The notes under the pieces are model-generated. The model saw only the letters and a program-made list of their open reading frames with translations, did not search any database and was not told the DNA's origin. From a virus: a stretch of 64,000 nt of DNA. The DNA is taken from positions 32,001 to 96,000 of IMG/VR virus record IMGVR_UViG_3300016476_000174; one strand, written 5' to 3'. The translations under genes were made by a program, and so were the position numbers. Positions 9,078 through 18,225 of this stretch are shown here, one piece after another; positions within the stretch are counted from its first letter, which is position 1, and every line of letters begins with the position of its first letter.

Positions 9078-11459
9078 TTATTTTGCGTTTAATATAGTAC
9101 CTAATGCATCTGGATTATTAGCTAATGCTGACGCAGTAGAGTAAGCTTGTAATGTTGAACCGAAAGGATAGTCCACAGGTTTACCGTTTACATGTAAAAT
9201 GTAACTATGACTTTCAGGTGTATTACCATATAATTTTTTAATAAAGAAAGTAGGATTTCCTGCTTTTCCAGAAATATTAAAATCAACACTAGTTCTTTGA
9301 GAACCAGCAGTACCTGAATATACTTCTAAACCAGATAATATACTTCTATGTAATGGATTAATACCATTAAAAGGATCTAATCTTGGAGCAATTGTTGGAG
9401 CAATTTTACCTACAGTAAAAACATCTGTTTTATCATTGTATGTAACTTGTTCAGTTCCAAGTTTAGCTTTTAAATCTGCAGCTAATTTAGTTCTATCTAC
9501 AGGATTTGTAGCTAAAGCATCATCTAATTTAAATGACATTTCATAATTATCAGCAGAAGGAAACCAAGAAATACCAGACACTTTGCCTTCTAATCCAGTA
9601 ATTGCTTCTAAATACCCTTTAGTTGTTTTATATCTTGTATCACCAGTACTTAAAGTAAAGCCTTGTTTATTTACTGATGTAACTGTATTAGTTTCCGAAT
9701 TAAACTTTTCTTTTAAACTTCTAAACTTAGCTTCAAGTTCTTCTCCTCTTTTTCCACCAATACCTAATTGTCCACCAGCAATAATACCAGCAGTATAATT
9801 AGCTACTCTTAAATCATTAGTTGCACGTGATCCTCCAGTAGGAGATGTCTCATAATAGTTCTTACCTACATTAATTTTGATAGGTTGACCATTAGGAACT
9901 AATGATGGCATTGTTCTAACATAAGTTTTTCCAACTGGGTCCCATTCTACTTTACCAGTAGATGTAGCTATATTAGCTTGTTTCTGTTGACGGTACTGTT
10001 GTAAAAGAGCATAATCACTACCCATTTGTTCTTGAGCATATCTTTCAGCATCTTTACTCCAGTTATCTTTCCATTGTTTAGCTACTTCTAATCCTCTAGA
10101 CGCATTAACAAATGCCATAGCTTTAGGATGATTAGGATGACTATTAATCCAAGCATCAACATCATTTTGTGTTAAGTTTGCACCAGTCTTACCGGCATAC
10201 TTTTGATTTCTATCAGTAGCAACAATATAGTCTTTAAGTTCTAAGAAAGTAGATTTTTGAACTTTTTCAGCATCTGCAACTTTTTGTGTTAAGCCGCCAT
10301 AACTAGTTGTTACTTTCTCACCTTCTCTGCTAACAGGCAACATTGGCAACTCTTCTTTAGCAGCTTTTCTAGTCTTCTCATTTTCTTCTCTATCAAAAGC
10401 CATACGAGCATACATCATAGCCACTTGATTAAAACCAATAGTTTGCTCTATATCTGTATGAGAAAAACCATTAGCTATACGACCAACAGTTTGACCAATG
10501 TAAATATTTTCAGCTAACTTCTGAGCATTCTTTTTAAGGAATGAAACATCTCCTTGTTGAATACTCTGAATATTACCGTTTATTTCTTTAGCTCTTTCTG
10601 TATAAAAATCTCTTTCTTGTTGTAAAACTTTAATTTTAGTTTGATCTTTCTCTCCTTTAAGCTCAGCGTTAACTTGATTAATTCTGTTATTGATTAAAGG
10701 TAAATCTTCAGAAGCTTGATTAATATACAAACCAGCTACTGAGTTAAGATCAGGATATTTAACAGCAGCTTCAATACGCATCTGCTGTTTAGCTTTATCA
10801 GAAAGTACAGAACTTAAATACTTATTGATCTCTTCTTTTGTATAAGAAGCATCTTTGGTAGTAACCATGTACATACCATTAACTTTTTCAACCTTAGTAG
10901 AACTAGGTTTAAAGTCTTTCATTTTATCTTGAACCTCTTTATTCCAATCATAGTATGGAGTAAAAGATCTTCTATTAGAATAGTAATCACCTACAGTAGA
11001 AATATCATCTTTAGCAAAGGCTTGTCTCTGCATACGTACATAGTTGATATTATCATCACTGTACTCTTTACCACCGTCTTTTAATCTAAATGATTCTGCA
11101 ATGCCTTCTTGCTGATCCCAGTGAGCTGTTAAAGCCATATCACCAAGAACACTACGGTTTTTTACAAAAGGTTCAAATACAGCAGCAGCTGATTTAACAT
11201 TTTGCTGTTGTGATAAATCTAGAGAGGATAAATTTTTAAGGTTCTCTTGAGCTTGTTTAAGAAATGTATCTCTAACCTGTACACTGTACGGATTAGTTAC
11301 ACCTCTGTTTACAAAACTATAGGCACTATTAACTTGAGCAAATCCTTGCTCATATAGTCCCTGTCTCCTTCTTAGCATTTTGTCTAAAAAAGAGAAGTCA
11401 GGTGTAAACAGAGCTGGCTCTGGAATTACGTCAGTTATGTTAGGTAAGTAGGTTGCCAT
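9078..11459 (-). CDS. Putative cargo/ejection protein (793 aa)
   Basis: Long helical ORF directly upstream of the giant RNAP gene, the position of cargo proteins in crAss-like phages. A promoter-like motif lies just upstream. Confidence 0.6.
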   Translation of the reverse strand: MATYLPNITDVIPEPALFTPDFSFLDKMLRRRQGLYEQGFAQVNSAYSFVNRGVTNPYSVQVRDTFLKQAQENLKNLSSLDLSQQQNVKSAAAVFEPFVKNRSVLGDMALTAHWDQQEGIAESFRLKDGGKEYSDDNINYVRMQRQAFAKDDISTVGDYYSNRRSFTPYYDWNKEVQDKMKDFKPSSTKVEKVNGMYMVTTKDASYTKEEINKYLSSVLSDKAKQQMRIEAAVKYPDLNSVAGLYINQASEDLPLINNRINQVNAELKGEKDQTKIKVLQQERDFYTERAKEINGNIQSIQQGDVSFLKKNAQKLAENIYIGQTVGRIANGFSHTDIEQTIGFNQVAMMYARMAFDREENEKTRKAAKEELPMLPVSREGEKVTTSYGGLTQKVADAEKVQKSTFLELKDYIVATDRNQKYAGKTGANLTQNDVDAWINSHPNHPKAMAFVNASRGLEVAKQWKDNWSKDAERYAQEQMGSDYALLQQYRQQKQANIATSTGKVEWDPVGKTYVRTMPSLVPNGQPIKINVGKNYYETSPTGGSRATNDLRVANYTAGIIAGGQLGIGGKRGEELEAKFRSLKEKFNSETNTVTSVNKQGFTLSTGDTRYKTTKGYLEAITGLEGKVSGISWFPSADNYEMSFKLDDALATNPVDRTKLAADLKAKLGTEQVTYNDKTDVFTVGKIAPTIAPRLDPFNGINPLHRSILSGLEVYSGTAGSQRTSVDFNISGKAGNPTFFIKKLYGNTPESHSYILHVNGKPVDYPFGSTLQAYSTASALANNPDALGTILNAK

Positions 11460-11462
11460 ATG

Positions 11463-11479
11463 CTACATTATAAATATAC
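11463..11479 (-). promoter_or_regulatory. Putative phage late promoter GTATATTTATAATGTAG
   Basis: One of five intergenic copies of GTA(T/A)ATT-N4-5-TG(T)AG, ending 3 nt before the ATG at 11459. Confidence 0.6.
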
Positions 11480-11528
11480 AAAAAAATCTTTAAAGTTTAG
11501 AACTAAACTTCATAGGTTTACAAATTAA

Positions 11529-14500
11529 TTATTGACCCCATGGTCCAACCATACCACTTAAGGCTGCATTATACATAGCTGGCATACCTTGAGCCATAGT
11601 AGTTCTTACACTATTTGGTATTCCATCATAGTCAGTATCTGAGTAAGTCATTCTTCCACCAGATAGTTGAGCAATAGCTTGTTTTTCTGCATTAGCCTCA
11701 GTCATTCCTAAACGAAGATACTGATTTTTTAATGTAGGAAAATTAGACATAGCTCCAACTGATCCCATAGAACCTGCACCAAAACCTTGTGAACCAAGTT
11801 TGCTAGGATCATATCCTTCTTTAAAGAAAGATAAACCTGTTCTAGGATCAACATTATAAATAGGATTAACTTTGTTAACCATGTCTAAATACATTCTATT
11901 AGCAAATGCATTATTGGCTGCTTTAGTAATACCAGCTAAGTATTTTCTACGAGCATTTTCTAAGTTTTGCTTAGTTGTAACAAAACCTTCCCAACGTTTA
12001 TCTCTTGCTGCAGCATTGTAAGCATTATTAGCAGTTTTACGTTGTAACTCTTGAGCCATAAATTGATTAGCTCTATCTACGTTACGAGAGTCTGTTTGAG
12101 CAATATCTTGAGCTACACCTTCACCAGTTTGACCTGCTAAGAAAGAAAGGTTAGAAGCCATAGCTGTACCAGGCTGATATTGACCTAATGTATTAGCAGC
12201 TATGTTATATGTCTGCTGTCTTTGTTGTGCTTTAGATAACCAGTCCTCTAAGGCAAGATCTCCTTGTCTATAAGGTAAGTCTGCAACTGAAGGAAGATAA
12301 GCCTGTGGCGGTACCAATCCTGCAGTTAATAATGCTAATTTATCAGGAGTTAAGAATCCAGCTCTTTCAGGAGTCTTATTACCAGTGGTAATTTTATTAG
12401 GAGTTATTGATCCAGTACATTGCATAGCAGCAGCTTGTCTTGATCCTACAGCTCCATCAGCAGCCATAGCTTCTGCATCCATATAAGATGATTCAACAAT
12501 CATTGGATTACCAGCTTCATCAACTCCTGTACACTTATAACCAATAGGAGATCTAGCTGGAACCATTTTAGGTTTTGTACGATAACTATCAAAGTGCTCA
12601 GCACCAATCATCATGTCATCACCTAATTGTGTACGATAGTCTGAACCAACAAACTTTTCTGCAAATTTAGGATAGAACTGTTTTTCAAAGAAGTTCTTAT
12701 TAGAATAAAGACTCTTCTTATTTTTTAATTGTTCATCACTTAAGTTAGATACATCTACACCAAGTTCTTTAAAATATGCTTTACGAATATCTAATTCACT
12801 CATATTCTTTACAGCATCTTCACCTAATGTATCTTCTACAACTCTACGCTCATACATATCAGGACTGTATCCACCAAAGAATCCAGCTTTTTTACCTTTA
12901 CTACTTTTAAAAGTTAATCCTGGTGTAGAACTTTGAATAACATTATATACTCTATTACCTTTTGCGTCTTTTCTACTAAAACCAAACTTACCAGATAAAC
13001 GAGCAAACTCTTTTGCATCATCTGGAGACATGTTGCTAATATTATAAGAACCTTTTACTAACTTATTATCATACTTTTTTAGTAGCTGATCATACTTAGC
13101 AAATTCTGGATCATTAAGATCAGCTAATGTTTTAGGAGATATAGTTTGATCAATTATCTCATTAGCATCTGGAACACGTGTAGGTTTAGAAGCAGCTTGA
13201 CGTCTATCTAGGTCTTGTAATAAAGCTTGTTGTTGAACTAAGTTAGCAGCTTGAGGAAAAATTTGATATGGGTTTAAAGGATCAATAACTTGACCAGCTA
13301 ATTGATACTCAGGAATATAACCACCATATGCTGCAATAGGCATTTCATCTTGTACACCTTTTGCTACTGCAGGAAGACCTTGTGGAAATCCTTTCATCTG
13401 TTCTTGTATAGTAGCCAATGCTGATAGCTTCTTACGATAGTTTGTAAGCATCAGTTGAGCTGTATCTTTAGAAATAGGATCTGACTCTGGATCTTCTACA
13501 ATAGCTTTATACTTATTGATATCATATTTCTTAGCAAGTTCTGCAGGAGTATATCCACCTGCTTTAGGAGACTTACCAAACATTGTTAGTATAGCAGGAT
13601 CTTTAATCTTCATCTTTTTAGTATCTGAGAAAATAAAGCTACCTTCTGGAACATTAAGAGGTACACCACCTTGACTGTGACGCTTACCACTAATCTTCAT
13701 ATGTTCTAATCCACCATCACCATCTATATCACCATATATAGTTTCACCACCTTCTGCTTCTATATTAGCAGCATAACGTGGTACTTCTTGAATAGTACTT
13801 GATACAGAGTCAGCTTTACCGGCTGGCATTTCAGTTTGTACTCTACGTTGACCAAGATCTAAGCCATAGCCATTTTGACCACCATATTCAAACTCTAAGT
13901 TTTCTGGCTTACCAGTTATTCTAATCTTTATCATATTACTTGTATTAGCAAAATTCTCTTCTCCACCCATTTGAAACATGCCCTCATTAGGTTTACGTGT
14001 TACATTTTCACGGAATCTACCAGTATTAATATCAGCATTACCTCTAAACATAGGACTAACAGCTTGATTATCAAACTGGTTTTGCCTATAAGCTCTTTCA
14101 AAATCTTTAAGTTTTTGATTTTGACCAAAGTAATCCACAACAGCTCCTGTTGCTAAAAAAGCATCTGACCAATCAGATACATTATTAGCCATATCTACAG
14201 TGTTTTGATTAAATAAAGGTTTTCTTTTATTAGGATTAACAATAGCAGGACTATCTTTTATAGGAGTTCCTTTGCTATTATCTACAGCAAACTGCATAGT
14301 AGGTTCACCAAAATCACCCACTGTACTTCTAGATCCATCTGGATTAATAGTAGTTACTTTAGGTAAAGGTGGTAATGTGTTTTGTCCCATTACTCCAGAA
14401 AAGAATGAAGGAGTGTTATTAATAGGAGTTACAGTTTTTTGTTTACTACCATAATAAGACTGAATTTGAGCAATGTCATTATTCATAAGCTCTTCTTGTT

Positions 14501-14609
14501 GCTTTATAATAGCAGCATCAGCTGGATTATTTGGATCTAGCGTTCTTCCATTATAAGTATAACCTGTCTGAGCTTTAGGTAGTCCTTTTTTTATAATACG
14601 TATTTTCAT
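11529..14609 (-). CDS. Putative cargo/ejection protein (1026 aa) with xxxGG motifs
   Basis: Contains the segment IEAEGGE...GKRHSQGGVPL...FIFSD recalled from crAss-like cargo proteins, linker motifs FQMGG, FEYGG and AAYGG, and a Gln/Ala-rich helical C-terminus. Confidence 0.6.
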   Translation of the reverse strand: MKIRIIKKGLPKAQTGYTYNGRTLDPNNPADAAIIKQQEELMNNDIAQIQSYYGSKQKTVTPINNTPSFFSGVMGQNTLPPLPKVTTINPDGSRSTVGDFGEPTMQFAVDNSKGTPIKDSPAIVNPNKRKPLFNQNTVDMANNVSDWSDAFLATGAVVDYFGQNQKLKDFERAYRQNQFDNQAVSPMFRGNADINTGRFRENVTRKPNEGMFQMGGEENFANTSNMIKIRITGKPENLEFEYGGQNGYGLDLGQRRVQTEMPAGKADSVSSTIQEVPRYAANIEAEGGETIYGDIDGDGGLEHMKISGKRHSQGGVPLNVPEGSFIFSDTKKMKIKDPAILTMFGKSPKAGGYTPAELAKKYDINKYKAIVEDPESDPISKDTAQLMLTNYRKKLSALATIQEQMKGFPQGLPAVAKGVQDEMPIAAYGGYIPEYQLAGQVIDPLNPYQIFPQAANLVQQQALLQDLDRRQAASKPTRVPDANEIIDQTISPKTLADLNDPEFAKYDQLLKKYDNKLVKGSYNISNMSPDDAKEFARLSGKFGFSRKDAKGNRVYNVIQSSTPGLTFKSSKGKKAGFFGGYSPDMYERRVVEDTLGEDAVKNMSELDIRKAYFKELGVDVSNLSDEQLKNKKSLYSNKNFFEKQFYPKFAEKFVGSDYRTQLGDDMMIGAEHFDSYRTKPKMVPARSPIGYKCTGVDEAGNPMIVESSYMDAEAMAADGAVGSRQAAAMQCTGSITPNKITTGNKTPERAGFLTPDKLALLTAGLVPPQAYLPSVADLPYRQGDLALEDWLSKAQQRQQTYNIAANTLGQYQPGTAMASNLSFLAGQTGEGVAQDIAQTDSRNVDRANQFMAQELQRKTANNAYNAAARDKRWEGFVTTKQNLENARRKYLAGITKAANNAFANRMYLDMVNKVNPIYNVDPRTGLSFFKEGYDPSKLGSQGFGAGSMGSVGAMSNFPTLKNQYLRLGMTEANAEKQAIAQLSGGRMTYSDTDYDGIPNSVRTTMAQGMPAMYNAALSGMVGPWGQ

Positions 14610-14611
14610 AA

Positions 14612-15814
14612 TTACATTATTTCAAACTGATAACCTTGTTGACGAAGAAGTTCTAACTGCTCTGGAGATACATCTAATACTTCACCTTCTACTGGACCAC
14701 CTGCTTGCTTAGCAAAGTTCTTAGCAAAGTTAGCTTTTTTTCTCATAGCAGGACTATACTTTCCTTCTGGTGCATTAAGTATTGCAGAAGCAGCTTCTTG
14801 TACTCCCATACCCATACGAGTAGCTTGAGCTTTAAACGTTCCTTTCTTAGATGGATCTAAATGAATACCTCCTTGCTCCATCATCTCTACAGAATAATTA
14901 GCAGGAAATGACATATCATATTCTGGAATAAATCCACCACCTTGATAAAATGCATTACCACTATATGTAGAACCACCATCTTTCCATGTAGCTCTTGCAA
15001 AAGCTCTAAAGAAAGGATTAGCTTCTAAGTTCTTTTTATGTCTAGCATAGAATGCTTTCTTACGTTCAGGATCTTTAGGATGTTGTCCTAGTTTAGAATC
15101 ACCAAAGTATTTAACTGTACCATCTGGACCTGTTACTTTATGTGTTTTACCTTTACGATCATTACTTCTAGTTACAGTATAGCCACCATTAGCCATCTCC
15201 TGCATCTCATCTTCTTCTTCCATCTCTTCACCTTTTCCCTGAGCTTCTAGATTATACATCATATAATCAGCAATAGCATCAGCTGAATGATCCATTACAG
15301 CAAGCTTAGATGCAATCCACGGATCTAAATTTTGATCAGGAGAAACAAACTGACGTAACTTACTCATCTTATCTACAACGGCAGCCATTTGTCCTAATGC
15401 CATGCCACCATTAGGTTCACCACCTTCTTCCATAAATTGATTACCCCCATACATCATTTCCGGAATATATCCACCATAAGCATAACCATAGTCAGACATT
15501 TGATCAAGATTACCTGCAGCTGCAAAACGTGCACGTGCAATTTCTGGTGGCATCTTTTCTCCACCTTCTGCCATGTTATCCATAATCTTTTGCTGAACAG
15601 CAGGAGGTAAAGCATTAAAGCCTGGGTTATCTGGTGTACCACCATCTCCCATTACTTCCATACCATACTCAGCTTTACGCCAAGTACCACCTTTAGATTT
15701 ATACCACTTAGCAGCCCATCCATTTGCATAGGCACTAGGATAGACATCAAATTTTTGTTTAGCCATAGACTTAGCTCTAGACCACAAGGCAGGATTATTA
15801 GGTTTGTTTGCCAT
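14612..15814 (-). CDS. Multi-domain virion polyprotein (400 aa) of small basic domains separated by hydrophobic-x-x-GG motifs
   Basis: About 10 motifs (MGDGG, MAEGG, YAYGG, MMYGG, MEEGG, MANGG, WKDGG, YQGGG, MEQGG, KQAGG) delimiting compositionally distinct segments. Confidence 0.7.
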   Translation of the reverse strand: MANKPNNPALWSRAKSMAKQKFDVYPSAYANGWAAKWYKSKGGTWRKAEYGMEVMGDGGTPDNPGFNALPPAVQQKIMDNMAEGGEKMPPEIARARFAAAGNLDQMSDYGYAYGGYIPEMMYGGNQFMEEGGEPNGGMALGQMAAVVDKMSKLRQFVSPDQNLDPWIASKLAVMDHSADAIADYMMYNLEAQGKGEEMEEEDEMQEMANGGYTVTRSNDRKGKTHKVTGPDGTVKYFGDSKLGQHPKDPERKKAFYARHKKNLEANPFFRAFARATWKDGGSTYSGNAFYQGGGFIPEYDMSFPANYSVEMMEQGGIHLDPSKKGTFKAQATRMGMGVQEAASAILNAPEGKYSPAMRKKANFAKNFAKQAGGPVEGEVLDVSPEQLELLRQQGYQFEIM

Positions 15815-15825
15815 GATTAATATAC

Positions 15826-18225
15826 TTATTTTTTATGATTATATGGGATTCTTTGACTACTTGTCTTAGTCCTCTTAAATTTAGCCTTCTCAGCAGGACT
15901 CATTTCTGAAGAAGTTTTAGGTGTTTGACTAGATACTCTTTTAGAAGGACGACATGCTGGGTAAGCTCTATTCTCTCCTTCTTGTCTACCGCAAGCTTTT
16001 CCTGACTTTACATCAACCCACTTCTCTGCAAACCATCTATCTAATCCACCATGTTGTCCACCACTTGCATTCTTTGGTAACACACCAGTTCCTTGTTTAT
16101 AATTCTTACCAAACCAAGTAGCTTGCTGATCTGTTGGAAACTGAATATATGTTTTAGTACTATCTGCATAATCAAAAGGGTCAATACCTGCTGCTGGTAG
16201 ATATGTAAGTTTGCCTTTTACCATAGCTACTTTAGGATAAACTCTACCATCACCTGATTCCATATAGTGGGTGCTAGGTCCTTTTAGTCCAGGTATCTGA
16301 AGATTAGGACCATTCTTTTGGTATAATCTTTTTACCCAATCTAAATTACGATTAGCATTAAGTACACTATCTACATAAGCAGTACCACCACCTTGCATCA
16401 TAGGATACTCATCTACATAAGATGCTCCACCAAAATTATACTCTTGTCCTGGATACATCATCTGTTGTTGACCATTAGATCCTACACCGTACACTGGATA
16501 AGGAACTCCTTGCATAGTTATATTACTACTAGGTATACGAGTTACTTGACCAGGATAAGCCCACTGACCACGAGGATCTAATATAGGTCCACCTTGTTGA
16601 GCCATATTAATATTTGGCTGAGTATTCTCATTCTGTGCAATAGTATTATTTAAAAGAATAATCTTACCAGGACTATACTTCTGCTGCATTCTTTTAAAGG
16701 TAGGATCATTCTGGATGTTCTTATTCTTTAAAGCTTTTTCATATATAGTTCTATTGATGTTATCTCCAAACTTTTTAGTAAGACCATTCTTATACATCAA
16801 GTGTCTCATAGCTGTTAAATCAGCATAGGACTCATTAGCAAAATCTCCAAAACCTCTATTGTCATAATGCTCATCATTATTAGCTATGGGATAAGCAAAG
16901 TTTTTTAATTTCTCAACTTCTAGTTTATTTAAACTAGTACCAAAAGTATGTTTTTTATCAGAAGCTAAATTATCCCAATACTGACTATTATCATAGTCAG
17001 AATGTAAAGCTGTACTTAAACGATCACCTTTAAATAAAGAGTGACCTAGCTCATGTGCTACAACACTTTCTAAATTAGAACTATTTAATACAGTTTTTCT
17101 TTTAGTAGGATCGTAATAGTCTTTAAATGTTCCAATCTTTTTAATTTGAGCTGGTTGATTATATAAATCTATAAGTCTATATGTCTTTTTACCAGAAGCA
17201 ATAGATTCTTGAAACATCTTAGGATCTTCAAAGTAATTCATATTATTACCTAAATATGTTTCAGGATGCATAGCTTGTCTCTTTGCATACAAAGGTGATT
17301 GAATATATCCTGCTATCTCATCTCTAATAGTATTAACTGTACCTTGGTTAATAGGTTTAAAGTCATACTTTCCTTCCCAAAAAGGATTAGTTATTGTTTG
17401 ACCACCACCTTGCATTTTTTGACCACCACATTTATAACACGGTTGTCCACCATACTTTTGTTTAAGAGTTTCTAAAAAAGAATTAGTACCTCCATGTTGT
17501 TTCTTAGCTTTAGGATAATACACTCTACCATATATTTTATATGGAGATCCCTGCATTTGATTTTGTAACTTTTCAGGAAAATCATACTGATCAGAATAAG
17601 ATAAATAATCACCCTGTTTATCAGATCCTCTACTAACTACAAATTGACCTAGTGCTCTAGCACGACTAACCATTGGTCTTCCTATAAGTGGATTTTCATC
17701 GTTTGGCTCAAACTTAACCATTTGTTTGTCACCTTCCCAAAATGCATTAGGATTACCAGGAAACTTACTATCAACAAAATATTCATCAGTAGGTAGTATC
17801 TGACCTGGTTTAACTTTATCTTTAAAACTATTAAATATATCTTGCTCTAATTGATCATCTGCACTATAGTAATAACCATTAGGATCTGCATTAATAGTTG
17901 GTTTATACTTAGATGGTCTAAAGTATTTAGGTTTATCTTCAAGACCTAAATATAATTTAAATGCTTCTTCACTACGAACATCATCATATTCATCTCTATC
18001 ATTATTAAATGCAAATCTTATATAGTTTTTAAGATCAGTATAATCTGTAGGACGAACTGTTCTATATACTTTTTGTCTACGTTCTAATGTTTCTTTAGGA
18101 AATACTCTTGGGTCAACAGGAGCTTTAGCTGTTACTTGTCCAGCTCTTTGCATCTTCTGTAACCCAGGAAGTACTCTATCCTTTACATTAGCAGCACTAA
18201 TCATATATTGTAATAACTTATTCAT
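15826..18225 (-). CDS. Multi-domain virion polyprotein (799 aa) with a zincin-like HELGH domain and a C-terminal DUF5872-like domain
   Basis: Linkers KQHGG, QKYGG, YKCGG, MQGGG (twice), AQQGG, NASGG, GQHGG. HELGH with downstream ESYADL. C-terminal GLDRWFAEKWVDVK..CGR..YPACRPSKRVS..TPKT. Confidence 0.65.
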   Translation of the reverse strand: MNKLLQYMISAANVKDRVLPGLQKMQRAGQVTAKAPVDPRVFPKETLERRQKVYRTVRPTDYTDLKNYIRFAFNNDRDEYDDVRSEEAFKLYLGLEDKPKYFRPSKYKPTINADPNGYYYSADDQLEQDIFNSFKDKVKPGQILPTDEYFVDSKFPGNPNAFWEGDKQMVKFEPNDENPLIGRPMVSRARALGQFVVSRGSDKQGDYLSYSDQYDFPEKLQNQMQGSPYKIYGRVYYPKAKKQHGGTNSFLETLKQKYGGQPCYKCGGQKMQGGGQTITNPFWEGKYDFKPINQGTVNTIRDEIAGYIQSPLYAKRQAMHPETYLGNNMNYFEDPKMFQESIASGKKTYRLIDLYNQPAQIKKIGTFKDYYDPTKRKTVLNSSNLESVVAHELGHSLFKGDRLSTALHSDYDNSQYWDNLASDKKHTFGTSLNKLEVEKLKNFAYPIANNDEHYDNRGFGDFANESYADLTAMRHLMYKNGLTKKFGDNINRTIYEKALKNKNIQNDPTFKRMQQKYSPGKIILLNNTIAQNENTQPNINMAQQGGPILDPRGQWAYPGQVTRIPSSNITMQGVPYPVYGVGSNGQQQMMYPGQEYNFGGASYVDEYPMMQGGGTAYVDSVLNANRNLDWVKRLYQKNGPNLQIPGLKGPSTHYMESGDGRVYPKVAMVKGKLTYLPAAGIDPFDYADSTKTYIQFPTDQQATWFGKNYKQGTGVLPKNASGGQHGGLDRWFAEKWVDVKSGKACGRQEGENRAYPACRPSKRVSSQTPKTSSEMSPAEKAKFKRTKTSSQRIPYNHKK

